Assembly (NCBI GenBank): GCA_031551405.1
Contig: JAVBNQ010000001.1
Location: 1 to 61,017, forward strand
Reading direction: 5' to 3'
DNA from: a bacterium
GTDB lineage: Bacteria > RUG730
Length of the DNA stretch: 61,017 nucleotides
A program made the translations under genes and the position numbers. The notes under the pieces are model-generated. The model saw only the letters and a program-made list of their open reading frames with translations. It was not told the DNA's origin and did not search any database. Positions 38,494 to 48,984 of this stretch are shown piece after piece (position 1 is the stretch's first letter; each line of letters opens with the position of its first letter).

Positions 38494-40905
38494 TTAAAAA
38501 CAAAATTTTTTGAAACTTTTCGCCAAATTCTCCAAATCTTGATTAACAATAATTTTTTCTTTGTTTTTTATAACGAGATTTTGATTTGCAACGACTTTTC
38601 CAATCATTGAAAACGGAATATTAAATTTAGCTAATTCTTCTTCGAGTTTTATTTTATTTTCAGGATTCAATTCTATTAAAAATCTAGAATTTGACTCTGA
38701 GAATAATTTTACGAATGATGGCAACTCTTTTTCGCAAACTACCGGAATATTTGTAATATCGACTTCTGCACCGAGCATATTTCCAATAGCCATTTCAGCT
38801 AATGCACTTCCCAAGCCTCCGTCGCTCAAATCGTGAAGCGACACAAGAAGTTCTTCGTCAATCATCCTATTCAACAAATTGATCGTATCTTTTGATATTT
38901 TCAAATCCAAACTTGGCACAATATTTGTATCTAAATTTGTATCTAAATTATTCAAAATCGCAAAAATACTTCCTCCCATTTCAGCTTTTGTATTTCCGAC
39001 TAAATAAAGCAAATTTCCGCTCTTTTTAAAATCTGTTGTCAAACATTTTCGAATATCTTTTAAAACCGCAATGCTCGAAATCAAAAGAGTTCCTGGAATA
39101 GAATTTTTGTTTCCGCTCTTATCGAGATAAGTGTTATTCAAACTGTCTTTTCCGGATACAAACGGAATTTCGTAAAAAATCGACGCGTCGTAGCAAGCCT
39201 TTGCAGCCAAAACAACTCCACCGAGCTCTTTTTTGTCATTCGTATCTCCCCAGCAAAAATTATCAAGAAGCGCCATTTTCTCAATCACTCCGCCCGAGCA
39301 CAAAACATTTCTAATAGCTTCTTCGATATTCGAAAGCGTCATCAAATACGGATCGAATTTACCGTACTCAAAATTTATTCCACAACCGACTGCGACTCCT
39401 TTAAAGCTATCAAAAAACGGCTTGATAACGCTCGAATCTCCAGGACCGGAATTTTCGCCTTGCAAAGGTTTTATGATCGTCCCGCCTTGAACTTCGTGGT
39501 CGTACTGACGAATAATCCATTCTTTGCTCGATATATTCGGATGGCTCAAAATTTTTTGCAAAGTTTCATTTAAATTCAAATTTTCAAATTTGTTCCAGTC
39601 AAAATCTTTTTTTTCGTAATTTTTCCATTCAGCTTCTCGAGTATAACGAGGAACTCCATTGTGTAAAAAATCCATTTCAAGTTCACAAACTTTTTCGCCA
39701 GAGTAAAAAAGCACGAGTTTTTTTGTATCTGTAAATTTTCCCAAAACTGTTGCTTCAACGTCTTCGTCTTCAAATATTTTTATGATCTCATCAATATTTT
39801 TTGGATTAACAGCTAAAACCATTCGTTCTTGAGCTTCAGAGACCCAAATCTCCCAAGGTTTAAGTCCGTCGTATTTCAAAGGCGCTTTGTCCAAATGAAG
39901 CTCAACTCCGGTATTTTCTCCAAGCTCGCCGATTGCCGACGAAAATCCGCCGGCTCCGCAATCCGTTATTCCCCGATATAATTTTTTGTCTCGCGCTTGA
40001 AGCAAAGTGTCAAGGATTTTTTTCTCAACGATCGGATTTCCGATTTGAACAGCGCTAGACTCAGTATTTTCATCCAAAGCCAGCGATGAAAAAGTCGCAC
40101 CGTGAATCCCGTCTCGTCCGGTTCTTCCACCTACAGCCACAATATAATCGCCGGGCTTCACATCTTTTTCTACACAATCTTTTGGGATAATTCCAACAGT
40201 TCCGCAATAAACCAGCGGATTGTACGTAAATCCCTCGTCAAACAAAACCGCACCGTTTATCGTCGGAATTCCCATTCTGTTGCCGTAATCTCGCACACCT
40301 TCAACGACACCTTTTATGATTTGTTTTGGATGCAAAACGCCTTTTGGCAGATTATTCCAGGTAGCGTCAGGATTTCCGAAGCAAAATACGTCGGTGTTGC
40401 AAATCGGTTTTGCTCCAAGACCAACGCCCAAAATATCTCGAATCACACCGCCAATTCCAGTCCCAGCTCCACCATAAGGCTCGAGAGCCGATGGATGGTT
40501 GTGGGTTTCGACTTTAAATGCCACTCCGTTTTTCTCATCGAATTCTATGACTCCTGCATTATCTTTGAAAACCGACAAACACCAAGATTTATTCAATTTT
40601 GTTGTAGCTGCAACGATTGTGGATTTGAGCAAATTGTCGATTATTTCTTCGCTCAATTTATTGTTTTTGTCATCGAGACATGTGAATTTTATGACGCCCA
40701 TCAAAGTTTTGTGTTTACAATGTTCACTCCAAGTTTGGGCAATCGTTTCAAGCTCAAGGTCCGTCGGATTTCGATCTAGACTTTTGTAATAATTCTGAAT
40801 TACTTTCATCTCTTGAATATTGAGCGAAAGCAAATTTTTTTTACTAATTTCAAGAAGCTCAGCATCGGTCAGATTTAACAAGTTTATGCATTCAAATTTT
40901 TTCAT
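38494..40905 (-). CDS. purL: Phosphoribosylformylglycinamidine synthase subunit PurL
   Basis: QTWSEHCKH, KVETHNHPS, DCGAGG, SEAQERM, HDLSDGG. Confidence 0.97.
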   Translation of the reverse strand: MKKFECINLLNLTDAELLEISKKNLLSLNIQEMKVIQNYYKSLDRNPTDLELETIAQTWSEHCKHKTLMGVIKFTCLDDKNNKLSEEIIDNLLKSTIVAATTKLNKSWCLSVFKDNAGVIEFDEKNGVAFKVETHNHPSALEPYGGAGTGIGGVIRDILGVGLGAKPICNTDVFCFGNPDATWNNLPKGVLHPKQIIKGVVEGVRDYGNRMGIPTINGAVLFDEGFTYNPLVYCGTVGIIPKDCVEKDVKPGDYIVAVGGRTGRDGIHGATFSSLALDENTESSAVQIGNPIVEKKILDTLLQARDKKLYRGITDCGAGGFSSAIGELGENTGVELHLDKAPLKYDGLKPWEIWVSEAQERMVLAVNPKNIDEIIKIFEDEDVEATVLGKFTDTKKLVLFYSGEKVCELEMDFLHNGVPRYTREAEWKNYEKKDFDWNKFENLNLNETLQKILSHPNISSKEWIIRQYDHEVQGGTIIKPLQGENSGPGDSSVIKPFFDSFKGVAVGCGINFEYGKFDPYLMTLSNIEEAIRNVLCSGGVIEKMALLDNFCWGDTNDKKELGGVVLAAKACYDASIFYEIPFVSGKDSLNNTYLDKSGNKNSIPGTLLISSIAVLKDIRKCLTTDFKKSGNLLYLVGNTKAEMGGSIFAILNNLDTNLDTNIVPSLDLKISKDTINLLNRMIDEELLVSLHDLSDGGLGSALAEMAIGNMLGAEVDITNIPVVCEKELPSFVKLFSESNSRFLIELNPENKIKLEEELAKFNIPFSMIGKVVANQNLVIKNKEKIIVNQDLENLAKSFKKFCF

Positions 40906-41370
40906 TTAATTTTTCCTTAAAATGTAGTCTTGAATTATCGAGTTTGTGAGGATTTTTTCAACAATTTTAGTCGCAATTTTTTCGTCCAAATTATTGTAAA
41001 TCAAATATCTAACTCCAGCTCCAACTTTTAAATTCTTGTTTATTCCGAGAGTTTTAATGCTATTTTGAATAGTTTCTCCGACGGAATCAGTCACGCCTTT
41101 TTTTTGCCAGATGTCAACGATAAAAAATTTTTTATATCTCTCGTCAGAATCTTTTGCATTTATGCTAAAATTCTGTATAATTGGATCGACGAGAAGTTTT
41201 GAAGCAATCGTCTCTAATTCATCCTCTGAGATTTCGCCTTCAAGTTTATAAATATGTTCCGTTTTCAGCTCTAATTTCAAGTCGTATCCGGCAGTTTCGA
41301 TTTGCTTCAAAATAGTCCTCGACACTACGTCGTAGTCAGTTTTTTTGTAAAAAATTTCGATATAATTCAT
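40906..41370 (-). CDS. purS: PurS-like protein with two tandem PurS domains
   Basis: Two repeats ending LLVDPIIQNF and ILTNSIIQDY, KKGVTDSVG motif; directly upstream of purL. Confidence 0.75.
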   Translation of the reverse strand: MNYIEIFYKKTDYDVVSRTILKQIETAGYDLKLELKTEHIYKLEGEISEDELETIASKLLVDPIIQNFSINAKDSDERYKKFFIVDIWQKKGVTDSVGETIQNSIKTLGINKNLKVGAGVRYLIYNNLDEKIATKIVEKILTNSIIQDYILRKN

Positions 41371-41427
41371 TTTTTTGCCTCAAGTAAATTTAATTTTTTC
41401 AAACTTCAAAAAACTCAGCAGTTAAAA

Positions 41428-43239
41428 CTAATATTTCCGATTATCAAATCTTTTTCTCTCGTTTGTGTCCAAAATCGCTTTGCGTAATCTGATATTTTTT
41501 GGCGTGATTTCCACCAATTCGTCGTCGTTAATAAATTCCAAACAAGCTTCCAAACTCAATATTTTCGGCCTTTTCAAAACAACGGTCGCATCTTTACTCG
41601 ACGAACGCATATTTGACAACTGTTTTTCGCGAACAACATTTACCGCCAAATCCGCGTCTCTGTTGCATTCGCCGATAATCATTCCCTCGTAAACGCTAAA
41701 TCGCGGTTCAACAAAAAGTGTTCCGCGATCCTCGATTTGACCTATCGAATACGCAGTCGTCATTCCGTCTACCATTGCAACCAAAGAGCCCAATTTCCGT
41801 TGCCCGACTTCACTGTCTTCGACCTTGCGATACTCCAAATATGAGTGATTCAAAATCCCATAACCTTTTGTCGAGGTCAAAAATTCCGTCATAAAACCTA
41901 TCAAGCCTCTCGACGGAAACGTATAAACCAATCTCGTTTGATTTTGATAATTAGTCATTGACTCCATAACACCTTTTCTGGAGCCTAAAAGCTCAATGAC
42001 AGTCCCGACTGAATCGCTCGGAACGTCGACTTGAACCAATTCGTATGGCTCGCAATTCACTCCATCAATTTCTCTGAGAATAACCTTTGGCCTTGAAACC
42101 TGAAATTCAAAACCTTCGCGTCGCATATTTTCGATCAAAATGCCTAAATGCAATTCTCCTCGACCTGAAACAAGCCATTGTTCCGTTTTATTAACTCTTT
42201 CAACTCTCAAAGACACATCTCTTTGTTTTTCTTTATACAATCTCTCCTCAATTTTGCTCGCTGTAACAAATTTTCCCTCTTTTCCTGCAAAAGGGCTCGT
42301 GTTCGTCCCAAAAGTCATCTGAACCGTCGGATCATCAATATGTAAAATCGGCAAAGCTTGTTCAGCCCCAATGTTACAAACAGTTTCTCCGACGTAAATA
42401 TCCGGAAGTCCGGCTATTGCCACAATATCTCCGGCAAAAGCTTCCTCAATTTCGACTTTATTTAATCCTAAAAAACCGTACAATTTTTGTATTCGAAATT
42501 GTTTAAAACTTCCGTCTAATCTCACGCAGCTCGCCATTTCGTTTACTCTAATCGTCCCTTGATAGATTCGTCCGATTCCAATTCTCCCAACATAATCGTT
42601 GTAGTCCAGTAAAGCCGGCTGAAATTGCAATGGTTTTTCCCTCTCCATTTTTGGAGCCGGAATATGGCTAATAATTGTATCTAAAAGCGGATTAATATTC
42701 ACCGCATCTTCGAATGAAGATTTCAAACTCGCCAAGCCTTTTAAACCCGAAGCATAAACTGTTGGAAAATCCAACTGATCATTATCAGCTCCAAGTTCCA
42801 TAAATAACTCAAAAACTTCGTCGTAAACTTCGAGAGGCCTTGCGAAATCACGATCAATCTTGTTTATAACTACGATTGGCTTTACTTTTGCTTCCAAAGC
42901 TTTTTTCAAAACAAACCTCGTTTGCGGCATAGTTCCTTCATAAGCGTCAACGACCAAAACAACGCCATCGACCATTTTCATGATTCGTTCTACTTCGCCG
43001 CCAAAATCTGCGTGTCCCGGCGTATCAAGAATGTTGATTCGAAAATTTTTGTAATTAATCGCAGTATTTTTCGCAAGAATCGTAATGCCGCGTTCTCTCT
43101 CAATATCATTGCTGTCCATTGCTCTTTCTTGGATCGCCTGATTTTCGCGCAGAGTTTGCGATTGCTGTAACAATTGATCGACCAAAGTCGTTTTCCCGTG
43201 ATCAACGTGCGCTATGATTGCAATATTTCGTATTTTCAT
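41428..43239 (-). CDS. typA: Translational GTPase TypA/BipA
   Basis: [45 protein letters not shown]. Confidence 0.98.
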   Translation of the reverse strand: MKIRNIAIIAHVDHGKTTLVDQLLQQSQTLRENQAIQERAMDSNDIERERGITILAKNTAINYKNFRINILDTPGHADFGGEVERIMKMVDGVVLVVDAYEGTMPQTRFVLKKALEAKVKPIVVINKIDRDFARPLEVYDEVFELFMELGADNDQLDFPTVYASGLKGLASLKSSFEDAVNINPLLDTIISHIPAPKMEREKPLQFQPALLDYNDYVGRIGIGRIYQGTIRVNEMASCVRLDGSFKQFRIQKLYGFLGLNKVEIEEAFAGDIVAIAGLPDIYVGETVCNIGAEQALPILHIDDPTVQMTFGTNTSPFAGKEGKFVTASKIEERLYKEKQRDVSLRVERVNKTEQWLVSGRGELHLGILIENMRREGFEFQVSRPKVILREIDGVNCEPYELVQVDVPSDSVGTVIELLGSRKGVMESMTNYQNQTRLVYTFPSRGLIGFMTEFLTSTKGYGILNHSYLEYRKVEDSEVGQRKLGSLVAMVDGMTTAYSIGQIEDRGTLFVEPRFSVYEGMIIGECNRDADLAVNVVREKQLSNMRSSSKDATVVLKRPKILSLEACLEFINDDELVEITPKNIRLRKAILDTNERKRFDNRKY

Positions 43240-43354
43240 AATATTCCTTTTGCTATAGTCAAAACTCGATTTTTTTTACAAAAGTTCGCCTTTTGAAAAG
43301 CTAACAAGTTCTAGTAAAAACTATTGCGATTTTTTTAAATTTTTATATTTTCCT

Positions 43355-43879
43355 TCATTTTTCCAAATATTTTTCTATTCCGATTTTTGCAAGTTTCTCG
43401 TCTTTTTCAGTCACTTGTTTTTTTAATTTTTCTTTGAAATTTTTTAATTTTTCTTTAAATTCCGGATATTTTAAAGCCAAAATTTGAGCAACGAGAATCG
43501 CAGAATTTGATGCTCCGGCTTCGCCGATAGCAAGCGTTGCGACAGGAACTCCGCTCGGCATTTGCACTGTTGAATAAAGCGCGTCGAGTCCGTTCAAGCT
43601 TCCGCCTGGCATTGGAACGCCGATTACAGGGCAAATCGTGTGTCCGGCCACAACTCCGGCCAAATGTGCTGCCATTCCGGCAGCAACGATAAAAACTTCG
43701 ACTCCTCGGGTTTCCGCGTCTTTCACGTGATTCAAAGTTTTTTCCAAAGTTCTGTGCGCCGAAGAAATCGTAATTTCGTATTCAATGCCAAACTCTTCCA
43801 ATTTTATCGCTGCGTTTTTCATGATTTTCAAATCTGAATCGCTTCCCATAATTATTGAAACCAAGGCTTTTTTTTGCAT
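43355..43879 (-). CDS. purE: N5-CAIR mutase
   Basis: IMGSDSD, SAHRT, AAHLAG, STVQMPSGVPVAT. Confidence 0.97.
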   Translation of the reverse strand: MQKKALVSIIMGSDSDLKIMKNAAIKLEEFGIEYEITISSAHRTLEKTLNHVKDAETRGVEVFIVAAGMAAHLAGVVAGHTICPVIGVPMPGGSLNGLDALYSTVQMPSGVPVATLAIGEAGASNSAILVAQILALKYPEFKEKLKNFKEKLKKQVTEKDEKLAKIGIEKYLEK

Positions 43880-43929
43880 CTAAATTCTCCAAATTTTTAA
43901 AAAATTTATGTTAACTTTAGAAAGCTGTT

Positions 43930-45093
43930 TTAAAAAATCTTCTTCATCCTATCAAAAGCTTCCGTCATTCGCGCTTCGTTCACAGTCAGAGTAAATCTGA
44001 CGTATCCTTCTCCCGACGGTCCAAATCCATTACCAGGAGTCACGATAATTCCGCATTCTTCCAAAAGCTTATTCGCGCAATCTTTTGATGACATATTTTT
44101 CGGCGTTTTCGCCCAGACATAAAACGAGGCTTTCGGCGGCTTTATCTCCCAACCGATTTTCCTCATATTTTCAACGAAAAAATCCCTACGTTTCTGATAG
44201 ATTTTTCGTAATTTTGCACATTCTTCATCTCCATCTCTAAGAGCTATTGTTCCGGCTTCTTGAATAGCGCTAAAAACTCCGGAATCAAAATTATCTTTTA
44301 TAATCCCAAGACCTCTAACTATTTCGCTATTTCCAACAACAAAACCAATTCTCCAACCTGTCATATTATAAGTTTTTGAAAGCGAGTGAAATTCAATTCC
44401 AACATCTTTTGCTCCGCCAATTTCTAGAAAACTCATCGGCTTTTCATCGTCGTAATACATTTCTGTATATGCCGCATCATTTGCAATTATTATGTTAAAT
44501 TTTTTTGCAATTTCAATTGCTTTTTCGTATTGCTTTTTCGAGTAAACAGCTGCCGTCGGATTATTTGGAGAATTGAGGAACATAACTTTTGCTTGCTCTA
44601 AGATATTTTCCGGAATTTTGCTAAAATCCGGGAAAAATCCATTTTCCTCGAGAAGCGGCATATAGTAAACTTCACCGTGATTTATAAGAGTAGCAGACGA
44701 ATATGCCGGATATCCAGGCTCCGGACAAAGCACTATTTCGCCGGGATTTACAAAGGCCAGCGATAAATGCGCGATTCCTTCTTTTGAACCTATCAGCGAG
44801 TGAATTTCTGTGTCAGAATTTAAACTCACGTTAAAACGCCTTTTATACCAAGCAGCGATTTCTTTTCTAAATTCAGCTAGCCCTTTTCCGAACGGATACT
44901 GATGATGTTTCGGATTTTCGAGGGCTTTTTGCATGGCTTTTATAATAAAATCGTGAGTCGGCAAATCCGGATCTCCAACGCCAAAACTTATGATATCAAC
45001 GCCTTTTTCTATTAATTCCTTCTTTTTTCGATCGATTTCCGCGAACAGATACGGCGGAAGTTTGCTGATAGAATTTGCATAATTTACTTTCAT
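43930..45093 (-). CDS. dapL: LL-diaminopimelate aminotransferase
   Basis: LPPYLFAEID, GSKEGI, PNNPT, EFHSLSKTYNMTGWRIG, PGNGFG. Confidence 0.85.
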   Translation of the reverse strand: MKVNYANSISKLPPYLFAEIDRKKKELIEKGVDIISFGVGDPDLPTHDFIIKAMQKALENPKHHQYPFGKGLAEFRKEIAAWYKRRFNVSLNSDTEIHSLIGSKEGIAHLSLAFVNPGEIVLCPEPGYPAYSSATLINHGEVYYMPLLEENGFFPDFSKIPENILEQAKVMFLNSPNNPTAAVYSKKQYEKAIEIAKKFNIIIANDAAYTEMYYDDEKPMSFLEIGGAKDVGIEFHSLSKTYNMTGWRIGFVVGNSEIVRGLGIIKDNFDSGVFSAIQEAGTIALRDGDEECAKLRKIYQKRRDFFVENMRKIGWEIKPPKASFYVWAKTPKNMSSKDCANKLLEECGIIVTPGNGFGPSGEGYVRFTLTVNEARMTEAFDRMKKIF

Positions 45094-45253
45094 TTATCCT
45101 CCAGAATTTACGCAGCTAAATAATATATTTTAAGATGCTTCATCCAATGAAGCCAAAAAACTAAAAACAACCAACTTCGCACAAAACAAAAACTTTGGTT
45201 TTTCTTTCAAATTCTTAGATTTTTAGAATTAAGTTATTTTTTAGCCTGACTAG

Positions 45254-46678
45254 TCAGGCTGCGTTTTTATTTAAATTATAAAAATTGGACACTTCGATAG
45301 CGTCTAAAAAATCTTTATCGTGAGAGATTAAAATTATTGCGCCGGGATAATATCGTAAAACCTGAATCACATGCTCCTTTGTTTCGAGGTCTAGATTATT
45401 TGTTATTTCGTCCAAAAGCAAAAGTTTAGGTGTTTTTATAGCAATTTTAGCTAGAGATAAACGTACTTTTTCTCCTCCAGAAAGATCACTTGCTTTTGTG
45501 TTGACCTCTTCGGTATTGTGAAATAAAAAAGCGTTCAAATGTTTTCTAAGTTGAGTGTGCGTTTGATCCGGAACAATATCGGCAATATTCTCCAGAACTG
45601 TTTTGTCAAACTGCAAGTTTTTATAATATTGATCCAGATAACCTATTTCTTCTTTCTTTAGTATGTACCAAGTCCCCGTTTTCTCAATATTTATGTCATT
45701 TAAAATCGCTTTTAATAATGTCGATTTCCCAATTCCGTTATCTCCATTAATAGCAATTCTTTCATTCCCGGAAACAGAAAGCGTAATATTTTTTAATAAG
45801 ATTTTATTTTCTTTATAGCCAATTGTCCCATCGCAAATCGAAACCAAAACTTTATTCGAAACGTCTTTGACGTCTATTGAAAATTTCGGCTTTATTATTT
45901 CCGGCTCTCTTAAATTTGCAAGTTGCTCTTTCAATAATTCGCTTTTTTGATTAATTATTTCCTTATTTTTTCCTGATGCTTTTTCTGCTGAACTTTGTTT
46001 CATCTTAGCAACAGCAGGCAGCCATCTTTTTTGTTCGACAAATTTTGCTCCGCGTTGTTTGCTTTTCTTTGCTCTTTGTTGCTCTTGCATTAACTTTTTA
46101 TGCATTTCTTTTTTTTGAAGCTTCAGCTCAGAAATCTGCTTAAAAAGTGCTGAACGTTTTAGGTTTACTTGTTTAATATAATCGTCATAACTCCCTTTAA
46201 ACACAGCGATTTTACCATTCTGTATATGCCAGAAAATATCTACATAATTTCTTAAAACTTCTTCGTCATGTGAAACTATGATTAAAGTTCCGTCATATTT
46301 ATTTAGCATTCTAAAAAAATTAATGCGATTATTCATATCTAAATGATTTGTTGGTTCGTCGAGCAATAAAACGTTTGGATTTTGACACAAAGCTTCTCTT
46401 AAAGCTTTACCAAATCTTTCTCCGCCACTCAAATTTTCAAAATCTTCTATAGTCTGCGTAACATAACCAAAAATTACATCCTTAGATATGTCAATGGCGT
46501 CGCTCAGCCTTTCGTATTTGTTTTGCAATATTTTAAGCAAAGAAGTTTTTCCAACTCCATTTTGTCCTATAATTGCAATTTTATCTCTATAATTTATTTG
46601 TGAACTGAAGTTCGCAAAACAAGTTTTAGCAGGTAAAATTAAACTTAAATTATTAATATAAATGCTACTGTGCTTCAT
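45254..46678 (-). CDS. ABC-F family ATPase (no TM domains)
   Basis: Two NBDs (GQNGVGKT/LSGGE/DEPTN and GDNGIGKS/LSGGE/DEITN) joined by a coiled-coil linker. Confidence 0.9.
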   Translation of the reverse strand: MKHSSIYINNLSLILPAKTCFANFSSQINYRDKIAIIGQNGVGKTSLLKILQNKYERLSDAIDISKDVIFGYVTQTIEDFENLSGGERFGKALREALCQNPNVLLLDEPTNHLDMNNRINFFRMLNKYDGTLIIVSHDEEVLRNYVDIFWHIQNGKIAVFKGSYDDYIKQVNLKRSALFKQISELKLQKKEMHKKLMQEQQRAKKSKQRGAKFVEQKRWLPAVAKMKQSSAEKASGKNKEIINQKSELLKEQLANLREPEIIKPKFSIDVKDVSNKVLVSICDGTIGYKENKILLKNITLSVSGNERIAINGDNGIGKSTLLKAILNDINIEKTGTWYILKKEEIGYLDQYYKNLQFDKTVLENIADIVPDQTHTQLRKHLNAFLFHNTEEVNTKASDLSGGEKVRLSLAKIAIKTPKLLLLDEITNNLDLETKEHVIQVLRYYPGAIILISHDKDFLDAIEVSNFYNLNKNAA

Positions 46679-47469
46679 TATCTCAGGCCTTCTATGCTTG
46701 CAATACCTTTATAAAACGAACCCAAAGCTCCAAAATATTGAGCATTTTCTAGGGAAACAACTTTTTTTTCAAGCTCAGTTTCAATAAAATATTTAATAGC
46801 AAAATTTTTGCTCAATCCGCCGGAGAAAATGATGGTTTTTTGGTCTAATTTCGCGAGATAATTTTTGATTTTCGAAAATATAGAATAATTAGCGCCACTC
46901 GCAATTTTCTCGATTGAAACGCCGTTCACGATGAGAGAGATGATTTCTGTCTCTGCGAAAATAGCGCAAGTATTCGAAATATTCTCAGGCTCATCGTACA
47001 ATTCGCCAATTTTCGAAATATCAATATCAAGAATTCCTGCGACGTTTTCCAAAAACCTGCCTGATCCGGCCGCGCATTTGTCGTTCATATAAAAATCGTC
47101 GATAATTCGATTTTTTACACTAATAATTTTTGTGTCTTGTCCGCCAATGTCAACAATGATAAAATCCGAAAAATCGATATTTTGCAGAATCCCGAAATAA
47201 TGCGCGATAATTTCAGAAATAACGACGGAATTTTCGAAATTGACCAAATTGCGGCCATAACCCGTCGACACAATTTTTTTTATTTTTTTTTCGTCAATAT
47301 TTAATTCTTCGCAAAGTTTTTCGATTTTCAAAAATTTTTTGTCTTTTTCTACGCAACAAAAATTTAGGTAAAAATCTATTGTTCGAAAAAGCTCAAAATT
47401 CACATTTTCAGTCGAATTTCCAAAAGCTATTTTTACAAATCTTGAACCAAAATCTATACCTAAAAACAA
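46678..47469 (-). CDS. 2-hydroxyacyl-CoA dehydratase activase-like ASKHA ATPase (HgdC/BadF family)
   Basis: GIDFGS, TGYGR, DIGGQD, MNDKCAAGSGRFLE, CAIFAETE; TTG 47469 after GGAG. Confidence 0.9.
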   Translation of the reverse strand: MFLGIDFGSRFVKIAFGNSTENVNFELFRTIDFYLNFCCVEKDKKFLKIEKLCEELNIDEKKIKKIVSTGYGRNLVNFENSVVISEIIAHYFGILQNIDFSDFIIVDIGGQDTKIISVKNRIIDDFYMNDKCAAGSGRFLENVAGILDIDISKIGELYDEPENISNTCAIFAETEIISLIVNGVSIEKIASGANYSIFSKIKNYLAKLDQKTIIFSGGLSKNFAIKYFIETELEKKVVSLENAQYFGALGSFYKGIASIEGLR

Positions 47470-47650
47470 ATTTTTCTCCGTTACAAAGATTAATTTTAAC
47501 AAAATTTTGATATTATAACAAAATTTGACAAAGAATAAAATAGTTTTTTAAAAAGTTTTATAGAAATAAACTAATTCTCGCAAAGCAAAACTTAAATAGC
47601 CTTTTTATACCATTTGAATCTGATTAGTTAAGGTATTGGGACAAAAAGAC

Positions 47651-47679
47651 TTGACACTATCTTTCAATTTTGTTATTTT
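47651..47679 (+). promoter_or_regulatory. Sigma70 promoter of beta-barrel paralogue 2
   Basis: TTGACA-17 nt-TATTTT with extended TG. Confidence 0.7.
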
Positions 47680-47714
47680 TATTTAAAATTAATTTTCCAA
47701 AAGGAGGAAACAAA

Positions 47715-48305
47715 TTGAGAAACAAGTTATTTCTTTCGTTGCTTTTAGTTGTAATGCTAGTTGGACTAGCTAGCGCAAAAGTTGGAATTAAAACCGGCGT
47801 TGATTTTAATGCCTTTGGAGATTCCAGAGTTTCAGGACAAAGCACAAACGTTGAACTTCTTTTCGACGTTACTGAAGATATGGTCCTATCTTACAAAGTA
47901 AGCTCAGGTGATTTAGTAGTAAATGATGCGAGAACCAGTGCAAATAACTTCCTACTAAAAACAAAAATCAACTCACTAAATTTTTCTAGAGTAGTTGCAA
48001 TGCCAGTAAAAAACATGCCAATTTCTGTTGGCTTAGAGCTCGGAACATTGACAACGACAGCACTAGCAGGAACAGTTGCTGCCCCAGTAACAGCATCTCA
48101 AACTGTCCCATTAGCAGGTCTAAATGGAACGATTTCTTATGAGACTGGAAGTGACAATGGTGTAAAAACAATTTGTTCTTTTATGCTAGGCTATAGATTT
48201 GCAGATATTAATGATGTAGCCATACCTGCATTTACAGCTGGGAACCAAAATTTGAATGATTTAAATGCAATAACATTTGGAGTTCAAGTAGGATTGAAGT
48301 TTTAA
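47715..48305 (+). CDS. Small outer-membrane beta-barrel protein, paralogue 2 (196 aa)
   Basis: TTG after AGGAGG; signal peptide; C-terminal GVQVGLKF; colinear with 14148-14738. Confidence 0.8.
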   Translation: MRNKLFLSLLLVVMLVGLASAKVGIKTGVDFNAFGDSRVSGQSTNVELLFDVTEDMVLSYKVSSGDLVVNDARTSANNFLLKTKINSLNFSRVVAMPVKNMPISVGLELGTLTTTALAGTVAAPVTASQTVPLAGLNGTISYETGSDNGVKTICSFMLGYRFADINDVAIPAFTAGNQNLNDLNAITFGVQVGLKF

Positions 48306-48332
48306 TTTGTTATATTAAAAATAAAATTTCTT

Positions 48333-48367
48333 AAAAACGAGGAGAGAATCTCTCCTCGTTTTTTTTT
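48333..48367 (+). terminator. Intrinsic terminator
   Basis: AAAAACGAGGAGAG / CTCTCCTCGTTTTT stem plus T run. Confidence 0.9.
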
Positions 48368-48398
48368 GTAAAAAATTAATTACGCATCATAAAAAAAC

Positions 48399-48427
48399 TA
48401 GATTTAGATTAAATTTTTTGATATAAT
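48399..48427 (+). promoter_or_regulatory. Promoter of tRNA-fMet
   Basis: TAGATT-17 nt-TATAAT with extended TG, 15 nt upstream of the tRNA. Confidence 0.55.
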
Positions 48428-48442
48428 CATTAAATTAAATAC

Positions 48443-48519
<77 letters not shown>

Positions 48520-48554
48520 ATCTCACTTTGTTTAAGAAAATATAGAGGGTTTAA

Positions 48555-48974
48555 ATGAAAAATATCAATTATAAAGATATCATCCAAAACTATATAGGAT
48601 TGCTCGTTTCATTTATTATATTCAATATTTTAAATATTATTCTGTTTTATAATATTTGGATCTTGCCTGGGTTTTTTGGGAAAATTGTATATTTCGTAGC
48701 ACTGTTTTTTGTTTTTAAATTACACATCAAAATCAGCCTGAGTTATTTAAAAAAGTTTTTACCCGGGCCGGAAGCTGTTCATATTTTAAAAAAGAAACAG
48801 GAATTTCTTATATCTACAATCATTTATTTAGTGGTGTATATAGGTGCAAATTATGCACAAGATCGAAATCCTCTTTTTGTTTCATACATGACGACTTGTT
48901 TACTATCTCACTTCATAGCTTACCTAGTTTACAGAAAAAAATACAAAAAAAACTTTGTTGACTTAAAAAAATAA
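48555..48974 (+). CDS. Hypothetical membrane protein (about 4 TM helices)
   Basis: GAGGG RBS, hydrophobic segments, fills the gap between the tRNA and maf. Confidence 0.7.
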   Translation: MKNINYKDIIQNYIGLLVSFIIFNILNIILFYNIWILPGFFGKIVYFVALFFVFKLHIKISLSYLKKFLPGPEAVHILKKKQEFLISTIIYLVVYIGANYAQDRNPLFVSYMTTCLLSHFIAYLVYRKKYKKNFVDLKK

Positions 48975-48984
48975 TTTTTTCAAA

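Noticed and set aside
40102-40779. 225-aa plus-strand ORF and the many other antisense ORFs in the track
   Set aside because: Shadow frames opposite well-conserved genes such as purL, with no recognisable motifs
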